64,000 nt of DNA from Chloroflexota bacterium (lineage in GTDB: Bacteria; Chloroflexota; Limnocylindria; Limnocylindrales; CSP1-4): contig CANJLL010000002.1 of the NCBI GenBank assembly GCA_947475545.1, positions 144,950-208,949 of the forward strand. Direction: 5' to 3'. Made by a program: the position numbers and the translations under genes. The notes under the pieces are model-generated. The model searched no databases. It worked only from the letters and a program-made list of their open reading frames with translations, and was not told the origin of the DNA. Below, in pieces: positions 45,947 through 59,656 of the stretch. Every line of letters begins with the position of its first letter. The first letter of the stretch is position 1.

Positions 45947-46648
45947 ATGCTGAGCGAGATGGCACGCACCATCCTCGTGGTCGAGGACGAACCCACCCTG
46001 CGCGAGACGCTGATGGAGGCGCTCGAAGGCGAGGGCTACCGTGCGATCGGTGCGGGCGACGGCCGCGAGGCCCTCGTGCGCTTCCGCGCGGACCGGCCTG
46101 ACCTGATCCTCCTTGACCTGATGCTCCCCGAGCTTTCAGGGATCGAGGTCTGCCGGATCATCCGCGCCGAATCGGGGGTCCCCATCGTGATGCTGACCGC
46201 GCGCAGCTCCGAGGTGGACAAGGTGGTGGGCCTGGAGCTTGGCGCCGACGACTACGTGACCAAGCCATTCAGCGTTCGGGAGCTGTCCGCTCGAATCCGG
46301 GCCATCTTCCGGCGCGGCGAGCAGGTCTCGGCCGCGCCGCCCGCGCTGGTCGACCTGGGGCCCGTCCAGGTGGACCTGGCCGGGCATCGGGTCCTTCGGG
46401 ACGGCGAGCCGGTCCCGCTCAAGCCCAAGGCCTTCGAGCTCTTCGCCTTCCTGGTCCGGAATGCCGGCCAGGTCTTCACCCGCGACCAGCTGCTGGAGCG
46501 GGTCTGGGGCTACAACTACGCCGGCGAGACGCGGACGGTGGACGTCCACGTCCACTGGCTGCGAGCCGCCATCGAGCCCGACCCGGCGCAACCACAGCTC
46601 ATCCACACGGTCCGCGGCGTGGGCTACGTCTTCCGCCGACCCGGCTGA
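45947..46648 (+). CDS. OmpR/PhoB-family response regulator (RegX3/MtrA-like)
   Basis: [12 protein letters not shown]...[13 protein letters not shown]...; winged helix ...[12 protein letters not shown] at 45947 or 45959. Confidence 0.85.
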   Translation: MLSEMARTILVVEDEPTLRETLMEALEGEGYRAIGAGDGREALVRFRADRPDLILLDLMLPELSGIEVCRIIRAESGVPIVMLTARSSEVDKVVGLELGADDYVTKPFSVRELSARIRAIFRRGEQVSAAPPALVDLGPVQVDLAGHRVLRDGEPVPLKPKAFELFAFLVRNAGQVFTRDQLLERVWGYNYAGETRTVDVHVHWLRAAIEPDPAQPQLIHTVRGVGYVFRRPG

Positions 46649-46652
46649 GCCG

Positions 46653-47336
46653 CTAGGGGTTGAGGTCCTCGACCTGGCCGATCGCCAGGTAGACGACGTC
46701 CTCCGCGATGTTGGTCACCCGGTCGCCGATCCGCTCCAGGTAGTAGGCGGCGAACAGGACGAAGGCGCCGGGCTCCACGTTGGCCGGGTCGGCCTGCATG
46801 CTCCCGATCGTCTCCGTGAACGTCCGGCCATACAGGTGGTCCAGCTCATCGTCCCTCTGGGCGACCACGCGAGCGGCTTCCGGGTCCAGGTCCACCAGCG
46901 CGCGCAGGATCCCGTGGAGTTGCTCCGCGGCAAGCTCCCCCATCCTCGGCAGATCGCTGGCGCGGCCGGGACGAGTGGCGGTGCCCAGCTTGAGGGCCTG
47001 CTTGGCGACTGACGCCGCGTGATCCCCCATCCGCTCCAGCTCGCTGGCCACGTGGTCGAGGGCCATGAGGAAGCGCAGGTCGCGAGCCACAGGTGCCTGG
47101 GTGGCGATGGTCAGCGCGATCCGCTGCGAGACGGACCGCTGCGCCTCGTTGACCTGGCCATCGCTGCGGATCACCGCCAGCGCAGAGTCCGCATCGTGGC
47201 TGACGAGGGCCGCGATGGCGGCCCGGATCTGGGCCTCCACCAGGGAGCCCATGCGGAGGATCTCGTCCTTGATCTCGCGTTCGCCGCGGTCGAGGGCGAG
47301 ACGCTGAGGCGGCTGCGCCGCAGGCTGCTCATGCAT
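46653..47336 (-). CDS. phoU: phosphate signalling modulator PhoU
   Basis: Two PhoU repeats (ELERMGDHAASVAK...; YLERIGDRVTNIAE). Confidence 0.9.
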   Translation of the reverse strand: MHEQPAAQPPQRLALDRGEREIKDEILRMGSLVEAQIRAAIAALVSHDADSALAVIRSDGQVNEAQRSVSQRIALTIATQAPVARDLRFLMALDHVASELERMGDHAASVAKQALKLGTATRPGRASDLPRMGELAAEQLHGILRALVDLDPEAARVVAQRDDELDHLYGRTFTETIGSMQADPANVEPGAFVLFAAYYLERIGDRVTNIAEDVVYLAIGQVEDLNP

Positions 47337-47354
47337 TCGGACTCATGTCTCCCT

Positions 47355-47768
47355 TCAGACCAGCTCACGCTCGTCCGAGCGAACGCGCTCGGTGAGTGCC
47401 ATCACGATGCCCAGCCGGACAGCGCCGAACCGGTCCATCAGCCGGACAAATTCCTCACGCCGGATCTCGATGGCCCGGACCTCCGTCTCGGCGACGACCG
47501 TCGCGGTTCGCGGTCGGCCATCCACGAGCGAGATCTCGCCGAAGAAGTCGCCGGGACCAAGGGTCTTGATCAGGCGGCCATGGCGGGCGACCGACGCCCG
47601 TCCCGCTAGCAGCAGGTAGAACGCCACGCCTTCATCACCCTCGGCGGTGATGACCTGACCCTGGCCGAATGTCGTCTCGGATGCCAGCGCCGCCAGCGCA
47701 TCGAGCGCCCGATCGGTCAGGCCCTGGAAGAGTGGGACGCGCTGGAGGTCGTCGAGATTGGCGCGCAT
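47355..47768 (-). CDS. cyclic-nucleotide-binding (cNMP/CAP effector) domain protein, no DNA-binding domain
   Basis: ...GDFFGEISLVDGRPRTATVVA...; 137 aa, single domain. Confidence 0.8.
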   Translation of the reverse strand: MRANLDDLQRVPLFQGLTDRALDALAALASETTFGQGQVITAEGDEGVAFYLLLAGRASVARHGRLIKTLGPGDFFGEISLVDGRPRTATVVAETEVRAIEIRREEFVRLMDRFGAVRLGIVMALTERVRSDERELV

Positions 47769-47785
47769 GCGTTCCTCCCCGCCTC

Positions 47786-48691
47786 TCAGCCAAACCGGCC
47801 GGAGACGTAGTCTTCGGTGAGCTGGTGCTGCGGGTTGGTGAAGATCCGGCTCGTCGGGCCAAACTCGACCAGGTAGCCCGCCCGGTCATCCCCCATCGTG
47901 AAGAACGCCGTCTGATCGCTGACCCGCGCAGCCTGCTGCATGTTGTGGGTGACGATCACGATCGTGTACGTCTCGCGCAGCTCGGCGATCAGCTCCTCGA
48001 TCCGGAGCGTGGCGATCGGGTCCAGGGCCGATGCCGGCTCGTCCATGAGGATCACCTCGGGATCCACGGCGAGCGCCCGCGCGATGCACAGGCGCTGCTG
48101 CTGGCCGCCGGACAGGCTGGTGCCGTTCTCCTTGAGCTTGTCCTTGACCTCGTTCCAGAGCGCAGCGCGCCGGAGCGACGACTCCACGATGCCGTCCAGC
48201 TCGGACTTTGCGCGGCGGCCCGTCAGACGGACACCCGCGACGACGTTGTCATAGATGGACATGGTCGGGAACGGGTTGGGACGCTGGAAGACCATGCCCA
48301 CGAGCCGGCGGAGCTCGACGGGATCCACATCCGCGGCGTAGACATCGGCACCGTCAAGGCGAACCGAGCCCCCCACCCGGGTACCTGGGATCAGTTCGTG
48401 CATCCGGTTGAGGGTGCGCAGGAACGTGCTCTTGCCACAGCCCGAGGGCCCGATGATCGCCGTCACGGACCGCCCCGGGATCGCGAGATCCACGTCCCGG
48501 ACCGCACGGAACGTCCCGTAGAACACGTTCAGCCCGCGGATCTGGAGCTTGGGACTGGGGGCCGGCTGCTCCGGCATGGCGGCGACGGCATCAAACGCCT
48601 CCGGCCGGGTCGGCGCGCTGCGGTCGGCGGCGGCGGCAGGCTCGGGCACGTTGAGCGCTCCGTTCAGGCTGACTGGAGTCTTGATGGCCAT
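47786..48691 (-). CDS. pstB: phosphate ABC transporter ATP-binding protein PstB
   Basis: GPSGCGKST...[15 protein letters not shown]...ILMDEP. ATG at 48691 with AGGAGA SD. The N-terminal extension is unusually long, so the start could be at 48577. Confidence 0.85.
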   Translation of the reverse strand: MAIKTPVSLNGALNVPEPAAAADRSAPTRPEAFDAVAAMPEQPAPSPKLQIRGLNVFYGTFRAVRDVDLAIPGRSVTAIIGPSGCGKSTFLRTLNRMHELIPGTRVGGSVRLDGADVYAADVDPVELRRLVGMVFQRPNPFPTMSIYDNVVAGVRLTGRRAKSELDGIVESSLRRAALWNEVKDKLKENGTSLSGGQQQRLCIARALAVDPEVILMDEPASALDPIATLRIEELIAELRETYTIVIVTHNMQQAARVSDQTAFFTMGDDRAGYLVEFGPTSRIFTNPQHQLTEDYVSGRFG

Positions 48692-48698
48692 GCGTCTC

Positions 48699-49598
48699 CT
48701 ATCCGCCGATCTGCCTGCCCCACGTCCGGGCACGGACGGCGACGTTGATGATGAGGACCATGAGCATGAGCAGGAAGGCGGCGCCCCATGCCTGCTGGTT
48801 CTGGGCCTCGTACGGCTGGCGGGCATTCATGTAGATGAACAGGGGGAGGGCGTCCATCGGCCGGCCGAAGTCGCCCACGTTCACCAGGCGGCTGCCCAGG
48901 GCGGTGAACAGCAGGGGCGCCGTCTCGCCCATGGCCCGGGCCAGGGCCAGCATCACGCCGGTCAGGATGCCACCCAGCCCGCTGGGGATGACCACGGACA
49001 GCACGGTGCGCCAGACGGGGATCCCCAGCGCCAGGGCGCCTTCGCGAAGGCTGCGTGGCACGAGGCCGAGCATCTCCTCGGTGGTTCGAAGGATCACCGG
49101 GACCATGATCAGGGCCAGCGAGACGCTGCCCGCGAAGGCGTTGAACTGCTTGAACGGCAGCACGAGGAACGTGAAGACGAACAGGCCGATCAGGATGGAC
49201 GGGACGCCGACGAGGACGTCGGCGGCGAAACGGACCACGCGGCCAGCCCGGGCGCCGGCGAACTCGGAGACGTAGATGCCCCCCGCGACGCCGACCGGCA
49301 CGGCGATCAGGGCCGCCAACGGGACCATCTGCAGCGTCCCGGCAATGGCGTTGAGTGCACCGCCGCCGTTACCCAGGGCGCGCGGCGCCTTGGTCAAGAG
49401 GTCAATGTTGAGCGCGCCGATCCCATTGATCGTCACGAAGACCAGCACGGCCCCCAGCGGCAGGACGCACAGCAGGGTGGCCACGAGGGCGAGCAAGCGC
49501 ATCAGCCGATCCGTGACCGCGCGCCGCGAAGCGGTGCGCGGTCCCGTGAGGCGGGCACGAGTGGCGGCTTCCGCGCCGGTGTCCATGGGGGTGGTCAT
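48699..49598 (-). CDS. pstA: phosphate ABC transporter permease PstA
   Basis: The coherent protein begins [11 protein letters not shown]... inside ORF 48699..50156. The ATG overlaps the pstC stop. Confidence 0.85.
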   Translation of the reverse strand: MTTPMDTGAEAATRARLTGPRTASRRAVTDRLMRLLALVATLLCVLPLGAVLVFVTINGIGALNIDLLTKAPRALGNGGGALNAIAGTLQMVPLAALIAVPVGVAGGIYVSEFAGARAGRVVRFAADVLVGVPSILIGLFVFTFLVLPFKQFNAFAGSVSLALIMVPVILRTTEEMLGLVPRSLREGALALGIPVWRTVLSVVIPSGLGGILTGVMLALARAMGETAPLLFTALGSRLVNVGDFGRPMDALPLFIYMNARQPYEAQNQQAWGAAFLLMLMVLIINVAVRARTWGRQIGG

Positions 49599-50554
49599 CA
49601 GCGCCCGCCAGCGCCCGTGGCGGTGCGGCCCACGAGGACCCGCGCTGCGACGTTGAGCCCAAGCGTGATGACGAGCAGGACAAGGCCGAGCGCGATCAGG
49701 CTCGACGTCTGGATCCCGACCTGCGCCTCGTTGAAGGTGGTTGCGATCTGGGAGGCGATCGTCTGCGCCTGGTCGAACAGCGACTGCGGGATCCTCTGCG
49801 CGTTCCCGATGACCATCGTGACGGCCATGGTCTCTCCGAGCGCACGCCCGAAGCCGAGGATGATGGCCCCCGCGATCCCGGACCGAGCGGCCGGGAGGAC
49901 GGCCCTGGTGACCACCTCCCAGCGCGTGGCGCCCAGGGCGTACATCGCCTCGCGCTGGCTGTTGGGGATGGACCCGATCACCTCGCGGGCAATCGACACG
50001 ATCGTCGGCAGGATCATGATCGACAGGATGACGCCGGCGGCGAAGAGCCCGACGCCAAACGGCGGGCCAGCAAAGATCGGGATCCAGCCGAGGGTATCGA
50101 CCGCCCAGGCTTCGATCGTCGACTGGAGGAACGGCGAGAGGACGAAGACGCCCCACAGGCCGAAGACGACGCTGGGGATCGCCGCCAGGAGCTCGATCGT
50201 GAAGGTGAGCGGGATGGCGATGCGGCGTGGTGCCAGCTCGGCAAGGAAGATCGCCGTCAGGAGGCCGATCGGGGCCGCGATCACGAGCGCGATGGCGGAC
50301 GACAGCAGGGTCCCGACGATGAACGGCAACGCCCCGTAGATGTTCTTGACGGGATCCCAGTCCGTGCCGATCACGAACCCGGGGCCGAAGGTGGCGAACG
50401 CCCCCCAGCCGTTGACGAGGAGCATGGCCCCCAGCCCGATGAGCGAGACGACGAGCGCCCAGGCCAGCGCGCGGCTGGAGCCCCGGAAGAGCCGGTCCGG
50501 CAGCCGGCTGCCGGACCGGCGTCGGGCGAGTCGGGAAGGTGAGAAGGCCGTCAT
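49598..50554 (-). CDS. pstC: phosphate ABC transporter permease PstC
   Basis: Typical PstC membrane sequence. Start M1 at 50554. Confidence 0.85.
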   Translation of the reverse strand: MTAFSPSRLARRRSGSRLPDRLFRGSSRALAWALVVSLIGLGAMLLVNGWGAFATFGPGFVIGTDWDPVKNIYGALPFIVGTLLSSAIALVIAAPIGLLTAIFLAELAPRRIAIPLTFTIELLAAIPSVVFGLWGVFVLSPFLQSTIEAWAVDTLGWIPIFAGPPFGVGLFAAGVILSIMILPTIVSIAREVIGSIPNSQREAMYALGATRWEVVTRAVLPAARSGIAGAIILGFGRALGETMAVTMVIGNAQRIPQSLFDQAQTIASQIATTFNEAQVGIQTSSLIALGLVLLVITLGLNVAARVLVGRTATGAGGR

Positions 50555-50620
50555 CGGTGGGTCATTATCCCCTCACACGCCGGCCGGCACAGGGCCAGCC
50601 GGCTCGGGACGGATGCGGCA

Positions 50621-50654
50621 GAGCACCCCTGGGGAGGATCCCCGGGGGTGCTCA
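50621..50654 (-). terminator. pstS-pstC intercistronic stem-loop (9-bp arms GAGCACCCC/GGGGTGCTC), likely attenuator or processing site
   Basis: Perfect inverted repeat directly after the pstS stop. No U-tract. Confidence 0.5.
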
Positions 50655-50676
50655 TGGACGGGCAGGCCGTGGGAGG

Positions 50677-51831
50677 TTACGGCCAGATCGCCTTGCCGTT
50701 GACAGTGATCAGGTGGAGCTGCTGGAGTGCCTTGACGCGGATCGGCTCCGGCAGCCGGGCGTAGCCGAGGCCGCCGGTCGTCGTCTGGCCGTCGGTCAGG
50801 CCCCAGTAGATGTAGGCGACCAGGGCCTGCGCCTTGTTCGCGTCCTTCTGCGCCTGGTAGGCCAGGAGGTAGGTGTAGGCCGCGACCGGGTAGGTCGCGT
50901 CGCCGGCGCCATTGATGATCGGTGCCTGGCGGAAGTCGGCCGGGAAGCTGGCAACGGCGCCTTCGGCGGCCGCCGTGACACCGGCCGTGGAGCCGGCGAC
51001 GAACTTGCCCGCGGCGTTCTTCATCTTCGCGGCGGTCAGCTTGGCCGTGGTGGCGTAGTTGAGCTCGACATACCCGATGGCGCCCTTGTTGGCATCGCCC
51101 TTGACGCCACCGGCCACGCCGTCGTTGCCGGCCGCGCCGATGCCCGTGGGCCATTTGACTTCGGTCCCCTTGCCGACCTGGGACTTCCAGTCCGGGCTGA
51201 CCGTGTCGAGGTACGTGGTAAACGCATTGGTCGTGCCCGAGCCGTCCGAACGGTGGACGACCTTGATGGCGAGATCAGGCAGCGTTGCGCCGCTGTTCAG
51301 GGCAACGATGGCCGGGTCGTTCCACTTGGTGATCTTGCCGAGGAAGATGTTGGCGACCGTGGTCCCGTCGAGATTGAGGTCCACACCGGCCACGTTGTAG
51401 ATCACGACGACGGCGCCGAGGACGGTCGGGATGTGGAGGACCTTGCTCCCGGCCGGGAGGGCTGCGACCGCCGTATCCGTGAGCGCGGCGTCCGAGGCGC
51501 CGTAGTCAACGGTCTGCTCGGTGATGGCCTTGATGCCACCGCCGGAGCCGATGCCCTTGTAGTCGACCTGGACGGTCTTGTACTTGAAGTTGAACGCGTC
51601 GTTCCAGACGTCGTAGAGCGGTACGGGGAACGTGGCACCCGTGCCCGTGAGGGTGACGTTGGCGCTCGGCGGAAGCGGGATGCTCGCGCCCGGGGCGCCA
51701 CTGGCGACACCCGAAGCCGCGGCGCTGGGGGCGGCGGTGGGGGCGGGCGTCGCGGCGGACGAGCAGGCGCCCGCCAGGACGGCCGCCGCGAGGGCAAGGA
51801 CCCCGATGCGCTTCGTGGAGATGACGGTCAA
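50677..51831 (-). CDS. pstS: phosphate-binding lipoprotein PstS
   Basis: Lipobox AVLAGACSS. Typical PstS motifs (TGTGATFP, GSGTTN). Confidence 0.9.
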   Translation of the reverse strand: MTVISTKRIGVLALAAAVLAGACSSAATPAPTAAPSAAASGVASGAPGASIPLPPSANVTLTGTGATFPVPLYDVWNDAFNFKYKTVQVDYKGIGSGGGIKAITEQTVDYGASDAALTDTAVAALPAGSKVLHIPTVLGAVVVIYNVAGVDLNLDGTTVANIFLGKITKWNDPAIVALNSGATLPDLAIKVVHRSDGSGTTNAFTTYLDTVSPDWKSQVGKGTEVKWPTGIGAAGNDGVAGGVKGDANKGAIGYVELNYATTAKLTAAKMKNAAGKFVAGSTAGVTAAAEGAVASFPADFRQAPIINGAGDATYPVAAYTYLLAYQAQKDANKAQALVAYIYWGLTDGQTTTGGLGYARLPEPIRVKALQQLHLITVNGKAIWP

Positions 51832-52095
51832 GCGATCAATCCTCCTGGTCGTTCGGCGGGTCGGCGCCGCTCATGGGCTCCGTGGATCTGATGGCCCGCT
51901 ATCTGAAGGTTCGCTTCGAAAGGTCAACCCACCGTCGGCGTCGCGTTAACGTACTGTCAACGGGTCGGTCGCGAGCTCCCTGGTCGGGTGAAATGCCGCA
52001 TTGGAGAACGGGCTGGCTTCCCCTGCCTGGCTCTGCTACCATCGCGGTTCGCGTCCGGCGCATATCCCGCGTCCGACGCACGACAACCACCCGCA

Positions 52096-52904
52096 TGACG
52101 AGGTTCGCACCGTTGGCCAAGACGCCCCGCACGTGGACAGGCGCGCGGACTCCCTCGGGCCTGAAGCGCGTTCGGCAGGCCGAAGCCCGGCGCGCAATCC
52201 TTCAGCCCCGGCGAAGTGCCGCAAAGACCCTGGTTTCCAAGGCAATTACGGTCGCCGCCAATCCGATCGAGGGCACTGACCCGCAGTTCGCGCTCCGCGA
52301 GGCGCTCAGCGCCCTGGATCGTGCTGCCAAGGTCGGCGCCATCCACCCGAATGCCGCAGCGCGACGCAAGTCGCGCCTCACGCTCAAGGTGAACGCCGCA
52401 CTGAGCGGGTCGGTGGTGCAAACCTCCGCGCACGTCAGCAAGACAACCGGCAAGGCTGCCGCGGTCAAGGCTGCCAAGGCCCGCATCGCGGCCGGCAAGG
52501 CCGACAAGGCAAAGGGCGCCCAGACGGCCGCCGGCAAGGCGCGCGCCGCGCTGAGCAAGACGGCCCGCACGGACGCTGCTGCCGCTGCCGCGGCCAAGGC
52601 TGCCAAGGCGGAGGCTCCCAAGGCCACCGTTGCTGCCAAGGCTCCGAACAAGGGCTCTGCTGCCAAGGCGGCCAAGGCGGCCAAGGCCGCCAAGGCTCCG
52701 GCGGCGGCCAAGGCCGCCAAGGCTCCGGCGGCGGCCAAGGCCGCCAAGGCTCCGGCGGCCGAGAAGCCCGCCAAGGCTCCGGCTGCTGCCAAGGCTCCGG
52801 CTGCCGAGAAGCCCGCCAAGGCTCCGGCTGCTGCCAAGGCCCCCAAGGCTCCGGCTGCTGCCAAGGCCCCCAAGGCTCCGGCTGCCGAGAAGCCCGACAA
52901 GTAA
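52096..52904 (+). CDS. rpsT: 30S ribosomal protein S20 with long C-terminal Ala/Lys/Pro-rich histone-like tail
   Basis: S20 core ...KRVRQAEARRAILQPRRSAAKTLVSKA...ALDRAAKVGAIHPNAAARRKSRL, then ~170 aa of AAKAAKAPA repeats. The start may be ATG 52096 or TTG 52111 (GAGG 9 nt upstream). Confidence 0.8.
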
Positions 52905-52916
52905 TCGCGCCAACTG

Positions 52917-52946
52917 AAACGCCCCGGGCAATGCCCGGGGCGTTTT
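52917..52946 (+). terminator. rho-independent terminator after rpsT (GCCCCGGGCA-atg-CCCGGGGC + GTTTTG)
   Basis: Direct reading aaacgccccgggcaatgcccggggcgttttgatt. Confidence 0.8.
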
Positions 52947-53040
52947 GATTCACGGCGCCGCGCAGGCGGCCGTCGCACCGGATGCCCGAGGCCGGGCGAC
53001 TACCCGGTTCCAAGCTGGGCGATGGCCCGAAGCCAGGCGG

Positions 53041-53106
53041 CAGCCCAGCCGGTCAGGCGGGCTTCGGCAGCCCAGCCGGTCAGGCGGGCTTCGGCAGCCC
53101 AGCCGG

Positions 53107-53121
<15 letters not shown>
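53041..53121. repeat. 27-bp tandem repeat x3 (CAGCCCAGCCGGTCAGGCGGGCTTCGG) at the 3' end of the convergent membrane-protein gene
   Basis: Three perfect copies. On the reverse strand each unit encodes PAGLPKPA followed by TGA. Confidence 0.8.
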
Positions 53122-56224
<3,103 letters not shown>

Positions 56225-56231
56225 GCTGGCC

Positions 56232-57404
<1,173 letters not shown>

Positions 57405-57457
57405 CTACCCTCGGTCATCCCGGGTGATCAAGGGGCGTGAGCCGGGCCCACTCTGTC

Positions 57458-58474
57458 TCAGCTTCCGGCCCAATCCCCCGCCGCGCGACTGCCCACGAGA
57501 CCCAGCGCGCCGACCAGTCCCACGTCGTCGCCCAGCCGGGCGGGCACCAGGCGGACCCGAGCGGCCTGGATCCGGAAGGCCTCGCGGGCCACGGCATCCC
57601 GGGCAGGCCCAAGGAGCCGCTCGCCCTGGCCATGGGCCAGGCTTCCCCCGACGACGATCACTTCGGGGTTGAACACGTCGACGACGCCGACCATGGCCGC
57701 AGCAAACGCGCGTCGAGCACGGTCCAGGAGTGCCGCGGCGTCGGGGTCGCCCGCGGCGTCGGCCTCGGCCAGGTCGCGGGCAGAGAGGCGCCGGCCGACG
57801 AGGGTCGCCATGGCCGTGAGTCCGGGAGCGCGGCCGGTAGCGACGAGGTCCGCCGCGGCCCGCGCGAGGCCGGAGCCCGACGCGATCGCCTCCAGGTGGC
57901 CGCGGCCACCACAGCCGCACATGGGCCCGTCGAGATCCACGGTGAGGTGGCCGATCTCGCCCGCCAGCCCGTCGGCCCCGGCAAGGAGCCGGCCGCCGGC
58001 AAGGACGGCGCCGCCGACCCCCGTGGAGACCGTGATGTATACCGCGTCGCGGGCGTCGCGGGCAGCCCCGAAGCCCAGTTCGCCGAGGAGGGCCACGACC
58101 GTGTCGCGCTCAAGGGCGGCCGGCAGGCCAAGGGCCGCCGCGATGGGACCCGTGATCGGTGTGTCGCGGAAGGCGGGGCCAAGGTTGGGCGTGTCGATCA
58201 ACCGTCCGGCCGCGGCATCGAGCGGACCCGGGGCACAGACGCCGATCCCCGACAGGCTGGCGGCGATGTCGGCGGGCGCGGCGGCGCGGACTGCCTGGAG
58301 CAGGCCGATCATGTCGGCAACTACGGCCTGCGGGCCGTCCGAGGAGCGGGTCACGCCCTCAGCACGCGCCGCGAGCGAGCCGTCGGGCAGGACGACGGCC
58401 GCACGGATGCGGCTCGCGCCCAGGTCGAGCGCCAGCACCGGGGCCGACGAGAATGAGTAGTCGCTGGTTGTCAT
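57458..58474 (-). CDS. ROK-family protein (glucokinase-like sugar kinase)
   Basis: LALDLGASRIRAAVV...; ROK Zn motif CGCGGRGHLEA. Confidence 0.8.
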   Translation of the reverse strand: MTTSDYSFSSAPVLALDLGASRIRAAVVLPDGSLAARAEGVTRSSDGPQAVVADMIGLLQAVRAAAPADIAASLSGIGVCAPGPLDAAAGRLIDTPNLGPAFRDTPITGPIAAALGLPAALERDTVVALLGELGFGAARDARDAVYITVSTGVGGAVLAGGRLLAGADGLAGEIGHLTVDLDGPMCGCGGRGHLEAIASGSGLARAAADLVATGRAPGLTAMATLVGRRLSARDLAEADAAGDPDAAALLDRARRAFAAAMVGVVDVFNPEVIVVGGSLAHGQGERLLGPARDAVAREAFRIQAARVRLVPARLGDDVGLVGALGLVGSRAAGDWAGS

Positions 58475-58533
58475 CTGAATCACGACGACCCCCGCCGGGA
58501 TGGGCGGGGGTCGTCGTGATTTGCCGTCAGGCG

Positions 58534-58677
58534 ATCAGCCGCCGCCGATGCGGAAGACCTTGTTGCCGCACTCCGGGCAGACACCCGAGACGGCCGGCTT
58601 GCCGTTCTTCATCGTGATCTGCTGCGGATCCTTGATCTCGACCTTCTTCTTGTCCTTGACGCAATAAGCCTCAGCCA
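58534..58677 (-). CDS. small zinc-ribbon protein (DUF5679-like; MAEAYCVKDKKKVEIKDPQQITMKNGKPAVSGVCPECGNKVFRIGGG)
   Basis: Not in the ORF track (47 aa). GAGGAGA SD 6 nt upstream of the ATG; CxxK...CPECG ribbon. Coordinates are +/-1 nt. Confidence 0.6.
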
Positions 58678-58705
58678 TCGAGATTCTCCTCGTGTGAGTG
58701 GGGCG

Positions 58706-59605
58706 TCACGGGAGCCCATGTCCCGTGTCCGCAGTTGGACGACTCCAGAGCGATGGTCGCCACCGATCCACGCCGGCCTGGCGCTTCTGGTGGTCCATCT
58801 CGGCAAGGATCAGGAGGCTGTCAAGCCCCGTCTCCACGCACGCGGTTTCTGCCGCTTCCTGCTGGGCGCCGGTCACGAACTGACCGGCATTGCGCTGGGC
58901 GTACACGGCGCACAGCACGCCCGCTCGACAGCGGGCCAGGCCCGCCAGGACGAGGAGCGCCGAGGCCTCCATCTCGAAGTTCAGCACGCGCTGGCGCATC
59001 ATATCGTCGGCCAGCCCGGGATACCGGATTGGCAGCTGCGGAATGGGTCGGCCCTGTGCCCCGTAGAACCCGGGGGCGGTGGCAGTCAGCCCCACGTGGG
59101 TCCGATGACCCCGCCGCGCGGCCGCCTCCTGGAGCGCGAGGATCACCTCATAGTCGGCCACGGCCGGGTAGCCGTCGTGCACGAACCAGCTTGTGGTGGT
59201 CTCGAGGCGCACGGCGCCCGTGCTGATCACGAGGTCCCCCAGCTCCATTTCCGGCTGGAGCGCGCCACACGACCCGACGCGGACGAAGGTGGGGCGCTCG
59301 GTGATCGCCAGGATCTCCGCGACCACGATCTCGACGTTGTCGGTGCCGATGCCCGTCGAGACGACCGAGACGCGCATCCCCTGGTAGGTGCCCGTGACCG
59401 ACGCGAACTCACGGTGCCGGTGCTCGCGCTCAACGCTGTCGAATCGCCCGGCAATGCGGCCGGTGCGGTCGGGATCGCCGGGGAGGAGGATGTACTCGGC
59501 CAGCTCACCCGGGGCGAGCCCGATGTGGTACTGGCGCTCACCGGCGGGGAGGGCGACGCGGGGGTCCGCGTTGGGCAAGAGGTGATCCCTTCTGCTGCGC
59601 GACAC
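58706..59605 (-). CDS. nucleoside phosphorylase (PNP/UDP family 1, DeoD/Udp-like)
   Basis: ...HIGLAPGELAEYILLPGDPDRTGRIA...VSTGIGTDNVEIVV...FEMEASAL. Confidence 0.8.
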   Translation of the reverse strand: MSRSRRDHLLPNADPRVALPAGERQYHIGLAPGELAEYILLPGDPDRTGRIAGRFDSVEREHRHREFASVTGTYQGMRVSVVSTGIGTDNVEIVVAEILAITERPTFVRVGSCGALQPEMELGDLVISTGAVRLETTTSWFVHDGYPAVADYEVILALQEAAARRGHRTHVGLTATAPGFYGAQGRPIPQLPIRYPGLADDMMRQRVLNFEMEASALLVLAGLARCRAGVLCAVYAQRNAGQFVTGAQQEAAETACVETGLDSLLILAEMDHQKRQAGVDRWRPSLWSRPTADTGHGLP

Positions 59606-59656
59606 GCTGGGCGGCCACGAGGTCCGGGCGAGGATAGCCCTGCCTTCTCACGAGCG

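Noticed and set aside
52630-52978. ORFs reading LPRLRTRALLPRRPRRPRP... and the minus-strand Ala-rich ORF over the rpsT tail
   Set aside because: They are alternative-frame readings of the AAKAAKAPA repeat DNA. The S20 frame is continuous with the conserved core and ends at a canonical terminator.
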